Assembly (NCBI GenBank): GCA_041742355.1
Contig: JBGSIV010000168.1
Coordinates: 1 to 14,275 of the forward strand
Direction of reading: 5' to 3'
DNA from: Candidatus Zixiibacteriota bacterium
GTDB taxonomy: Bacteria > Zixibacteria > MSB-5A5 > GN15 > FEB-12
Length of the DNA stretch: 14,275 nucleotides
Both the position numbers and the translations under genes were made by a program. Position 1 is the stretch's first letter. Each line of letters opens with the position of its first letter. The notes below the pieces were generated by a model. The model saw nothing but the letters and a program-made list of their open reading frames with translations. It searched no databases and was not told where the DNA came from. This document shows positions 1-7,458 of this stretch, piece after piece.

Positions 1-1361
1 CGATCCATGCCGGCAGTCGCATCGATAAACAGGTGGTCAACCAGGAATCCGCTGAAACGCGCGGCGATCGTCGCGGTTTTCTCCACCGTGCCGGAAGGGA
101 AGGGTTCGCTGTACTCCCCCTCGGCCTCCAGCCAGGGAGTATCCCAGTCCGCCATCACCCGTCCCTCCCCCTGACGACGGAACGAAAGCTGCATCCCCCC
201 GCGCATCTCGGGCGAGAACCAGCGAAATACCCGAACGTCTATCAAGTCGTAATCGTTGCCGTCAGCAGATCCGATCAGATTTCCCTTGTAGGTGTACCGA
301 TTGCGCGGATTGCTCTGGTTGAACGTCCGGTTTGTTACCCGGGTGTACTCCGCCAGCAGGTCGCATCCGGCAGCGAGATCGGCGGCGTAGATACCGGTCA
401 GAAGCGCAATTTCATTCGGCTCCTGATCCGACTGCACCTTGTCGTCGATCTGGAAGTCGTCGACCACCAGTTGGCCGTAAAGCTTGACACGGTGGCCGGG
501 TTTGACGGAGAGGTCGAATCCGAGGAAGGTGTTATCATCGACGCCGTCGTTCAGTTGCGAGGCATGGTAGAACAGGATCGGGTTGAGGTAGTACAGCTCG
601 ACTTGCCGGCCTGGCCCGCCGAAGACTGCCGATTCGAAAAACCCAACCCGAAGGCGATCGCTCAGGTGGACATCGAGCCGGTGCGCTGCAAGGTAGCGGT
701 TCTCGAACTGGGCGGTGCTGTCCACGGCCGGATCGAGCCCGTCCAGTCGTGCCAGGCGATATGACAGCACGATTCGACCCCAGCGGTACGAGTAGCCGAG
801 GCCGTCCATCGAGACCTCCTCACCGAGCACCAGTGATCTTCGCGGCCCCCAGAACGAAGCGAAGCGTCCGAATGTGACCGAGAAGTTTCCCGTGTGGACG
901 TTTACGAAGGCGTTATCAATGTCTCCGGCCAGACCGCGCCACTTCTTGCCCGTGTATGATTCGTCCTTCGCGAGGGCTTCGTCGAGGCGGAAGCTCCCGT
1001 AGACGAACACCTGCCGCACCGGTTGGGCAACCATCGCTCCCTGAAGGGATTCGTACGCCAGTGTCGACGCGTACTTCCGGCCCTGCACCGACTCGCCGAA
1101 CTTCGCCAGGAGACGCAGTTCGCGGGGCTGCATCCGCGTCATCCATGCGAACGGCCCAAGGTCGCCCGACGACACATTCAGGCCGTACGGGCCAAGCTGG
1201 TAGTCCGCGGCGGTGAGCGTCAGGGCATCCTGGCGTTCCAGCAGATCATAGAGGAATGACCATTCCGAGCCGCCCAGGGGAAGGACTCCTTCGGCGCGGA
1301 TGGTCCACGGAATGAGAATCAGCAGAACCAGGACGAAAAGCAGCAGCAGAATCCCTTTCAT
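1..1361 (-). CDS. Capsule assembly Wzi-family outer-membrane beta-barrel protein (3' end truncated by window edge)
   Basis: Not in the ORF track because it has no stop in the window. Manual translation from ATG 1361 (SD GGAGG at 1366-1370): MKGILLLLFVLVLLILIPWTIRA-EGVLPLGG (signal peptide), then TFGRFASFWGP, RYLAAHRLDVHLSDRLRVGFFESAVFGG, YLNPILFYH, DDNTFLGFD, LYGQLVVDDFQ, EYTRVTNRTF. These motifs are typical of Wzi-like proteins. The frame is open to position 3 (453 codons). Confidence 0.75.
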   Translation of the reverse strand, partial: MKGILLLLFVLVLLILIPWTIRAEGVLPLGGSEWSFLYDLLERQDALTLTAADYQLGPYGLNVSSGDLGPFAWMTRMQPRELRLLAKFGESVQGRKYASTLAYESLQGAMVAQPVRQVFVYGSFRLDEALAKDESYTGKKWRGLAGDIDNAFVNVHTGNFSVTFGRFASFWGPRRSLVLGEEVSMDGLGYSYRWGRIVLSYRLARLDGLDPAVDSTAQFENRYLAAHRLDVHLSDRLRVGFFESAVFGGPGRQVELYYLNPILFYHASQLNDGVDDNTFLGFDLSVKPGHRVKLYGQLVVDDFQIDDKVQSDQEPNEIALLTGIYAADLAAGCDLLAEYTRVTNRTFNQSNPRNRYTYKGNLIGSADGNDYDLIDVRVFRWFSPEMRGGMQLSFRRQGEGRVMADWDTPWLEAEGEYSEPFPSGTVEKTATIAARFSGFLVDHLFIDATAGMD

Positions 1362-1439
1362 CGTGCCTCCGTGCTATCCGCTTTCGCGCGGACTGTCACC
1401 CGCGTCTCCGGTGGGAGGAAGGATCGGAGTGCCTGCTCA

Positions 1440-2849
1440 TCAGGACGCCCCATCTCCTTTGAGAACCGTGGGGATGGTCTTGGCCAGAATGCGGGCGTCG
1501 AGCCACAGCGACCAGTTGTCGATGTACTCGAGGTCGAGCCGCATCCAGTCTTCGAAATCGATCTGATTGCGCCCGCTCACCTGCCAGATACAGGTCAGCC
1601 CCGGCTTCACCGAGAGCTTGCGTCGCTGCCACGGCTCGTACCTGGCCACCTCCGACGGCAGCGGAGGGCGGGGTCCGACCAGCGACATTTCTCCGCGCAG
1701 CACGTTGATGAACTGCGGGATCTCATCAATCGAGTATTTGCGCAGGAGCCGTCCCACCCGCGTTACCCGCGGATCCTGCTTGATTTTGAAGACCGGCCCG
1801 GACATCTCGTTAAGATTCTTCAGCGAGTCTTTGTGGCGCTCGGCATCGGCTGTCATGGTGCGAAATTTGTAAAGCGGGAAGGGGCGTCCGTTGGCGCCCG
1901 AGCGCATCTGCTTGAAGAAGATCGGTCCGGGTGTTTCGAGTTTAATCGCGGCCGCGGCCGCAATCATAATGGGTGAGGCCAGGATCAGACCGACGACCGC
2001 ACCGACCTTGTCGACGAAGTGTTTGAGTCCCAGCGCCGCCAGGCTCTCCGGTACGCGCCGATAGGCAACGGTCGGCGTGCCATTGAGACTTGAAGGCACC
2101 GCCCGGGCGATGCTGGTACGATAGAGGTCGGGCATGAGGCTCACTGTGACGCCCAGACGCTCCGCTGCCGCCAGTACCGGTGCGGTCTGCGGCATTTCCT
2201 CCGGCTCGACTGCCAGAACGACCGCATCGATCTGCGTGCGGCCGGCCAGCCCGGTCAGAAGATCCGGATGTCCCAACAGCGGAATGTCCCGGTATCGCCA
2301 GAATCCTTTGCGGGAGAAATCCAGGAAACCGTCGATCGAGGCGTCCAGTTCCGGTGACGACAGGATCAGGTCGGCAACCGCTTTCGCGCGCTGGCCCGTT
2401 CCGACAATCAGCACGCGGTTGTGCGCCTCCGGACGGCAACCCAGCGGCGGCACGGCTGCCAGGCGGCGCAGAATCAGCCGACCGATTCCAAACAGACCCA
2501 TCTGGACGGCGAGGTTCGAGATCAGGTAGATCGGTACGACTGTCCGCACTAGCGGCCAGTTGAGCAGGTATGTCGCCGCCAGGACCATGACGGAGAACTT
2601 CACCTCGGGTCCGACCAGTTGGCGGAAATACTTGCGCACCTGGGGAATTTCAAGCACGGGACGGCTGCGGTGCTCCAAGCCGAGCAGCAGGCGGAGTACC
2701 TGGGCGACCAAGATGATTTCGATGAAGAGCGGGATCGGTGTGCCGGCCGCCATGAGGACGGCCGCGAGCGAGAGGAGGGCGCCGCTGTGGGCGCCGGGAT
2801 TGCCTGCCAGAGCCAGGAGCAGGCGTCGACGATGTCGTGATGCGTTCAT
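1440..2849 (-). CDS. Polyprenyl-phosphate sugar phosphotransferase (WcaJ/WbaP-type priming glycosyltransferase)
   Basis: N-terminal TM helices, Rossmann-like RVLIVGTG segment, and C-terminal Bac_transf motifs KFRTM, DPRVTRVGRLLRKYSIDEIPQFINVLRGEMSLVGPRP, KPGLTCIWQVSGR, LDLEYIDNWSLWLD. Tandem TGA TGA stop. Start uncertain: ATG 2849 (AAAGGGG upstream) chosen; ATG 2966 and 2981 are in frame. Confidence 0.93.
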   Translation of the reverse strand: MNASRHRRRLLLALAGNPGAHSGALLSLAAVLMAAGTPIPLFIEIILVAQVLRLLLGLEHRSRPVLEIPQVRKYFRQLVGPEVKFSVMVLAATYLLNWPLVRTVVPIYLISNLAVQMGLFGIGRLILRRLAAVPPLGCRPEAHNRVLIVGTGQRAKAVADLILSSPELDASIDGFLDFSRKGFWRYRDIPLLGHPDLLTGLAGRTQIDAVVLAVEPEEMPQTAPVLAAAERLGVTVSLMPDLYRTSIARAVPSSLNGTPTVAYRRVPESLAALGLKHFVDKVGAVVGLILASPIMIAAAAAIKLETPGPIFFKQMRSGANGRPFPLYKFRTMTADAERHKDSLKNLNEMSGPVFKIKQDPRVTRVGRLLRKYSIDEIPQFINVLRGEMSLVGPRPPLPSEVARYEPWQRRKLSVKPGLTCIWQVSGRNQIDFEDWMRLDLEYIDNWSLWLDARILAKTIPTVLKGDGAS

Positions 2850-3024
2850 GCCGGTGTTGCCCCTTTTTCCGGTGTGCCGCCGAGTGGTCCCCGCTCTTTC
2901 AGGCGGCCCATCGATTACCGCTTTCCAGTTGTTGCGGCGCCTGTCGGACGTCGCTTCCGCTTGCATCACTTCCCTTATCATATCTATCGACCGACTCTCC
3001 CATCGCTTGAGTGCAGCGAGGAGG

Positions 3025-3059
3025 TCTCCGACCGAAGCCCACAACGCTTCGGTCGGAGA
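3025..3059. repeat. Perfect 14-bp inverted repeat (stable intergenic hairpin, no U-tail)
   Basis: TCTCCGACCGAAGC (3025-3038), 7-nt loop, GCTTCGGTCGGAGA (3046-3059). Lies between the PLP-fold gene and the sugar transferase. Confidence 0.85.
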
Positions 3060-3062
3060 TGT

Positions 3063-3077
3063 GGAGGCACCGCTACG
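3063..3077 (-). promoter_or_regulatory. 3'-UTR box complementary to the translation-initiation region (4226-4240) of its own gene
   Basis: Plus strand GGAGGCACCGCTACG vs minus-strand initiation region GGAGGCAACGCCATG: 12/15 identical without gaps, and one mismatch is G-U compatible in RNA. Confidence 0.5.
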
Positions 3078-3109
3078 ATCATTCGAAAGGAGGTCGCTTT
3101 GTTCTTCCG

Positions 3110-4228
3110 TTACTTCTTGCCCGCTTCTTCCGGTTCCACCTCGGCCAGCCCGAACAGGTGGCGCGCCGCTACTCGGATACTCGGCTGATTAGGTTTTGTC
3201 TTCGGCTGACGTTTGGGCTGTCTCTGCACGGCAGGTTTCTGTTCCGTTTGAGCTTCTGTCGTCTGTGGCTCATGGCGCATGGTGATCTTCCGAAGGTCGA
3301 GCGACTTCATCCGGTAGGCCTCGGGGGGCATCGCCTCGAACGCCTGGATCAGCTTGTCGTTGGTCAGGGGGGACTGGACCCGGTAGCGGATGTAGTGCTG
3401 CATCGATGGATAGCCGTCGAGGTTCTCGATCGCCACCTTCGCCCGTGCGAGCTGGTTGCCCACCTGGGCCGGATCGGCGACCCGGATCAGAAGGAAGTCG
3501 GTTGCGGTGATGCGACTCTGCGCGCCGAGGCGCGTGAGGATGCTGGCGACGCGCAGCGACTCCTCATGCACTTCGCGCAGACGCATCGTCATGGCCTCGT
3601 CATTGGTGAGAGTCATCAGGATCACCTTGCGGATAGTGGCCGAAAACTCCTCTGCCGGAGCGAAATCGTTCATCGCCGCAATCATGGTCGGGTTGGAGAT
3701 CGCGAATCCCGAGGCCGACGACCGGATGCTGTAGGCCGAGGCGAACGAGCGCAGCAGAATCACCCGCGGGAATGATTCGATCAGTGGGAGACCGGTCACG
3801 CCGAAGAAGTCGTGGTAGTACTCATCGATAATGAGGGCGCCGTCCGGCACCGCCTCCGCCAGCTGCTTCAGGTCGGCCAGCGAGTAATTGGCGCCCGAGA
3901 CCTTGTTCGGGTTGGCGACATAGATGACGTCCCTGGGGGAGGAGACGCTATCGAGCACGGCCTTCAGGCTGCCTGAAAAGGGAGAGGGGCCGATGCTTTC
4001 GGTCAACTGCACCTCGGCGCGATTGGCGGCCGCCTCGATGTCCGGCTCGACATGCCCTGCCGCAAGCAGGCGGCACCCGGGCCGGTACAGCTGGCGCAGC
4101 AGGCCGGTGAGGAAGGGCACTGTCTCGGTGTACGGGCGAATCATGGCCCGGTTCGTCATCGTCTTGCGGGTGATCAGCGCGATCAGGTCATTCATGTCGG
4201 CGCTGCTGATAGTCTGGAGTGTGTTCAT
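3110..4228 (-). CDS. Class I/II aminotransferase-fold (HisC/CobD-like) protein lacking the Schiff-base lysine; probable pseudoenzyme
   Basis: VIYVANPNKVSG (cf. NPNNPTG), LIIDEYY (cf. VVDEAY), LRSFASAYSIRSSASGF (cf. RTFSKAYGLAGLRIGY), TDFLLI, YIRYRV. ATG 4228 has GGAGG 7 nt upstream. An in-frame GTG 4363 or ATG 4357 would add a Pro-rich extension. Q/K/P-rich C-terminal tail. Confidence 0.85.
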   Translation of the reverse strand: MNTLQTISSADMNDLIALITRKTMTNRAMIRPYTETVPFLTGLLRQLYRPGCRLLAAGHVEPDIEAAANRAEVQLTESIGPSPFSGSLKAVLDSVSSPRDVIYVANPNKVSGANYSLADLKQLAEAVPDGALIIDEYYHDFFGVTGLPLIESFPRVILLRSFASAYSIRSSASGFAISNPTMIAAMNDFAPAEEFSATIRKVILMTLTNDEAMTMRLREVHEESLRVASILTRLGAQSRITATDFLLIRVADPAQVGNQLARAKVAIENLDGYPSMQHYIRYRVQSPLTNDKLIQAFEAMPPEAYRMKSLDLRKITMRHEPQTTEAQTEQKPAVQRQPKRQPKTKPNQPSIRVAARHLFGLAEVEPEEAGKK

Positions 4229-4406
4229 GGCGTTGCCTCCCAGTGCGGCGGTCGGCCGCGGTTGTTGTGCGGTGTCATGGGGCGGCGGGACGGGTGTGCC
4301 GGAAGACCCCGCGGCAGGGCGCGGGAGTATGCGATCGACTTGTGGGTTTGAATGCATCGGCACAACGGTCCTTGTCGCTGCCTGATTATCCTTTGCCGGC
4401 AGTCAT

Positions 4407-4422
4407 TGCAAGCCCTGTGCCG
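4407..4422 (-). promoter_or_regulatory. Sigma-54 (-24/-12) promoter of the PLP-fold/sugar transferase/wzi unit
   Basis: Minus strand CGGCAC-AGGGC-TTGCA matches the GGCAC-N5-TTGC consensus. It is intergenic and correctly oriented. Confidence 0.75.
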
Positions 4423-4531
4423 TCCTGTGCGGGGATTGCACAGGCCGACCTAAGTGATTGTCGGTTTGGTGTTTATATCGGGTTGCGGGGATGTGTTTGA
4501 CCTCTTCACCTCCACCGGCGGCTTCCTTTCC

Positions 4532-4566
4532 GGCAGAAATTTCCTTTCCTTGCCGAAAATCCTTCC
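4532..4566. promoter_or_regulatory. Putative enhancer (bEBP) box pair
   Basis: GGCA-gaaat-TTCC (4532-4544) and CGAA-aatcc-TTCC (4554-4566), 22 bp apart, about 110 bp upstream of the -24 element. Same layout as 7164-7198. Confidence 0.55.
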
Positions 4567-4568
4567 CG

Positions 4569-4607
4569 AAAAAAGACCGCCGGCGGTGTGCGATCACCGC
4601 CGGCAGC
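4569..4607 (-). terminator. Rho-independent terminator of the SLBB gene
   Basis: GCCGGCGGTG/CACCGCCGGC 10-bp stem (extendable by G-U pairs), followed on the minus strand by TCTTTTTT. Confidence 0.8.
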
Positions 4608-4608
4608 T

Positions 4609-4633
4609 ACAGGAAGGTAAAGGAAACAAATGC
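4609..4633 (-). promoter_or_regulatory. 3'-UTR box complementary to the RBS of its own (SLBB) gene; forms a 12-bp perfect inverted repeat with 6993-7004
   Basis: ACAGGAAGGTAA (4609-4620) is the exact reverse complement of TTACCTTCCTGT (6993-7004). The flanking (A)GG and ATGC (4630-4633) also mirror GG-ccc-ATGC at the start. Confidence 0.65.
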
Positions 4634-4653
4634 TGGAATTTTTCTGGTATCGC

Positions 4654-6987
4654 CTACAGGTTGCCGATGATGTAGGCCGAGGTGACCAGGCCGGTGGTGG
4701 CGGTCAACACGGTCGTGATCGTCTTGAGCCAGTCTCGGTCGCGCTTGATTTCACTAGGGACCACGATAATATCGCCGAGCTGGACTTTCTTGCCGAGGAC
4801 GTCGTCGCCCGCGAACACTTCGCCGCCGGCACGAATCAGGCGCGTTCCGCCTTTGTCGGCCTGGCGGGTGAAGTTGCCCGCCCGCTGGATATAATCTTTC
4901 ACGCGGCGTCCCTCGACATACTTGAGCGTGCCGTTTGCGCCGACTGCACCCATGATCGAGATGCCCGACGGGGTGGGCGGCACGAAGATCCGGTCGCCCG
5001 GCTCGATCACCACGTCGCCATCGGCGCCATCGGTCGTCAGAATGCGCTCCATATCGATAATGATGCGGCTCATCGATTCCGGCTGAAAGGTGAAGATTGC
5101 CTCTTTCACCGGCACCCCCGCCGAGTCGAGAATGATCGGCTGCGAGTGTTCAACGAGTGTCGGCACGTTCAGCCGCCGGAGGCTCTCGCTGATCGAGCGG
5201 CGCTCATACACGAGACCTGTGGGAAACGCTGTCGGTGTGAAGCCGCCCGCCCGCTTGAGCAACTGGTAGAGCGTTTCATCCCGGTTGGCCAGCCAGTAGG
5301 TGCCCGGGAAGCGCACTTCGCCGGCGATCGTGACGCTGCGTTCGTTTTCCCACTCGGGAATCCGGCGGATGAATACGTGGTCGTCCTCATGCAGCGGCGT
5401 CCCCGCTCCGGTCGAATCCATCAGCGTCACGTAGCCGATAGTGACCCGGCCGAGGGAATCCAGCCGCGCCAGTTCGGCCTGGGTGCGGTCCGCTCCCCGC
5501 TGGAATGATCCGGCCAGGAAGATCAGGTCGCCCACCGTCATGCCCTCGTACAGGGGATACTTCCCCGGCCGTTCGACATCCCCCTCGACATACACATACT
5601 GCTCGCGCTTGACATCGTTGATGCTGTAGATGTGCAGGGAATCCCGATCGGTGAGGAAGATGTCGGACGAAGGATCTCCGGCCAAAGCCCCGGTCAGGTC
5701 GATCGGAATCACCTCGACCCGTCGATCCGGATAGCGGCGAAAAACATCGGCCCGATCGAAGTAGACGTCGTACGGGCGAAGCTGTCCCCGCTCGATGAGG
5801 TCGCTGACGCGGGTGGAGTCGGCTCGCTCGTAGTAGCCCGGGTGCTTAACGTGGCCGCAGATCGCGACCATATTCGTGCGGAGATCAAATATAGAGTACA
5901 CCGTTATCCGGTCGCCATCGACCAGCGCAACATCATCCCGCGAACGCGTCGAGTCGCTGCTCAGGTTGAGGTCGCGGACCTCCCACTCTCCCTGCTCGGT
6001 GATGCGTTCGAGCATGATGCGGTCGAGGTAGGCCTGGGGCGTCGGACGGCCCGCCAGCTCCAGGAGCTGCGTCACCGTTTCGCCGCCGCACAATTCGTAG
6101 AGGGCCGACCGTTTGACTTCGCCTCGGATCGCCACCCGCGTGCCGGCCACCGGCACGAACACCGCGTCGCCGGTGCGCAGCCGGATATCCGAGGCGTTGT
6201 TGCCGTTCAGGAGCAAATCGTACAGGTCGACGGACGCCACTGTCTCGCCGTTGCGCTTGACCGCGATCGTGCGCATCGATCCGCGTTCGTTCGGGCCGCC
6301 CGCCATGAAGATCGCGTTGAGCACCGAGGTCAGCGAAGAGACCGTGTAGGCGCCCGGCTGACGGACCTCGCCGGTGACATAGATCCGGATCGAACGGATT
6401 TTGCCGAGCGATACGGTCATGTCGAAGTCCGAGTAGACCCTGGCCAGGTGCTGCTTCATGCGGTCGGTGAACTGCTCGATCGTGAGTCCCCAGCCGACCA
6501 GATCCCCCGCCTTCGGGATGAACACTTTGCCTTCGCGATCGAGGGTGAGATTATATTCGCGTTCGACCCGGCCCCAGACGTAAACGAGGACGTTGTCGCC
6601 GGGGCCGAGGACGTAGTCATCGCTTGAGGCGATGTCGGCCGGAGGATTGAGTTCGACGGGCTGGGTGAAGAGCTCCATGCCGAAGGGGCGCAGTTCTTCG
6701 AACGGCACCGGCGCGGCCGATTGTTCAAACCCGGTTTGAACGACAGCCGCCGGCATCTGTGGTAATGCCTTCGGCAGTGTGAGCGAGTCTTCGCCGAAGA
6801 TCTGTGGGCTCTGGTAGACGGGGGGAGGAGCATCGGGTTTCGCCGCTCCGGCCGCCTCGTACTGCTGCTTGAGCCGGCTGAGTTCATCGGCGCTCAGCGA
6901 GCCGAGATCCTGTGCCCGCGCCGCGCGGAACCAGTTCAGCGAGACGAGCACAATTACGAGGATGATGAAGATGATCAGTTTTCGCAT
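4654..6987 (-). CDS. Polysaccharide export protein with Poly_export and multiple SLBB domains (large Wza/KpsD-like OPX protein)
   Basis: Signal peptide (ARA-Q), DYVLGPGDNVLVYVWG polysaccharide-export motif, repeated SLBB units (VTGEVRQPGAY, IRGEVKRSALY, ICGHVKHPGYY, VEGDVERPGKY, IAGEVRFPGTY, IMGAVGANG), C-terminal amphipathic helix. RBS AGGAAGG. Confidence 0.92.
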   Translation of the reverse strand: MRKLIIFIILVIVLVSLNWFRAARAQDLGSLSADELSRLKQQYEAAGAAKPDAPPPVYQSPQIFGEDSLTLPKALPQMPAAVVQTGFEQSAAPVPFEELRPFGMELFTQPVELNPPADIASSDDYVLGPGDNVLVYVWGRVEREYNLTLDREGKVFIPKAGDLVGWGLTIEQFTDRMKQHLARVYSDFDMTVSLGKIRSIRIYVTGEVRQPGAYTVSSLTSVLNAIFMAGGPNERGSMRTIAVKRNGETVASVDLYDLLLNGNNASDIRLRTGDAVFVPVAGTRVAIRGEVKRSALYELCGGETVTQLLELAGRPTPQAYLDRIMLERITEQGEWEVRDLNLSSDSTRSRDDVALVDGDRITVYSIFDLRTNMVAICGHVKHPGYYERADSTRVSDLIERGQLRPYDVYFDRADVFRRYPDRRVEVIPIDLTGALAGDPSSDIFLTDRDSLHIYSINDVKREQYVYVEGDVERPGKYPLYEGMTVGDLIFLAGSFQRGADRTQAELARLDSLGRVTIGYVTLMDSTGAGTPLHEDDHVFIRRIPEWENERSVTIAGEVRFPGTYWLANRDETLYQLLKRAGGFTPTAFPTGLVYERRSISESLRRLNVPTLVEHSQPIILDSAGVPVKEAIFTFQPESMSRIIIDMERILTTDGADGDVVIEPGDRIFVPPTPSGISIMGAVGANGTLKYVEGRRVKDYIQRAGNFTRQADKGGTRLIRAGGEVFAGDDVLGKKVQLGDIIVVPSEIKRDRDWLKTITTVLTATTGLVTSAYIIGNL

Positions 6988-7059
6988 GGGCCTTACCTTC
7001 CTGTGACAACTTCCACTTTGTCAGCGCGGTCGCACTCGGCGTCCGCACACCGGTGGTTT

Positions 7060-7075
7060 AGCAAGCCCGGTGCCA
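7060..7075 (-). promoter_or_regulatory. Sigma-54 (-24/-12) promoter of the SLBB gene
   Basis: Minus strand TGGCAC-CGGGC-TTGCT is a perfect consensus match, about 70 nt upstream of ATG 6987. Confidence 0.85.
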
Positions 7076-7163
7076 TTGGCGACAAAACCGTCCAACTGGT
7101 TGATCGTGCAGGGAATAGCCCGAGCTCTCGGTCGGTGCGACGTGCGGCGCGACTTCTGCGCTG

Positions 7164-7198
7164 GGCAAGGGCTTCCATGTTTGCGGGAATTGTTTTCC
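7164..7198. promoter_or_regulatory. Putative enhancer (bEBP) box pair
   Basis: GGCA-agggc-TTCC (7164-7176) and GGAA-ttgtt-TTCC (7186-7198), 22 bp apart, about 89 bp upstream of the -24 element. Confidence 0.55.
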
Positions 7199-7429
7199 GT
7201 CGCCGGGCATGTCGGGAGGCAGCGCTCGCGGTGGCCACGGGCTGTTGACGGTGGTGCCGTAACAGCAAAGAGGGCAATGCGTTTGAATTTGCCGAAATTA
7301 TTCTGAAGCGAAAGACAGGAAGTGCTTCACATCGGCGGGCCGATAACCGTCAGTGGAGAAGAAGTGCTAACGCGTTTTTTGGCATACGCTTAATTGGCAG
7401 TGCAGAAGAGTGGAATCAGGCGGAATTTC

Positions 7430-7458
7430 TTGACAAGTCATAGCCGTTGCTATAACTT
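7430..7458 (+). promoter_or_regulatory. Sigma-70-type promoter of the fadL-like operon
   Basis: TTGACA (7430-7435), then TAACTT at 17-bp spacing (7453-7458). An overlapping extended -10 TGcTATAAC lies at 7448-7456. Confidence 0.7.

Noticed and set aside
33..1259. Plus-strand ORFs 33-764, 956-1216, 1023-1259
   Set aside because: Shadows of the minus-strand Wzi-like gene, which has an RBS, a signal peptide and family motifs.
4225..4278. 17-codon uORF (MTPHNNRGRPPHWEATP) ending in an ATGA overlap with the PLP-fold start
   Set aside because: No SD upstream and no telling codon content; likely chance.
4424..4444. 7-bp inverted repeat CCTGTGC/GCACAGG next to the sigma-54 site
   Set aside because: Short, with no counterpart at the second promoter; a function cannot be supported.
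4630..5508. Antisense ORF (292 aa) with an excellent-looking RBS; similarly 11322-12854 (+) and 9121-10443 (-) start at the mirrored boxes
   Set aside because: The RBS/start look is a by-product of the boxes mirroring the sense gene's initiation region. The translations have no recognisable motifs, and long antisense frames are expected opposite GC-rich genes. Ribosome profiling would be needed to revive them.
7380..7395. TGGCAT as a possible plus-strand sigma-54 site
   Set aside because: The -12 position reads TAAT, not TTGC.
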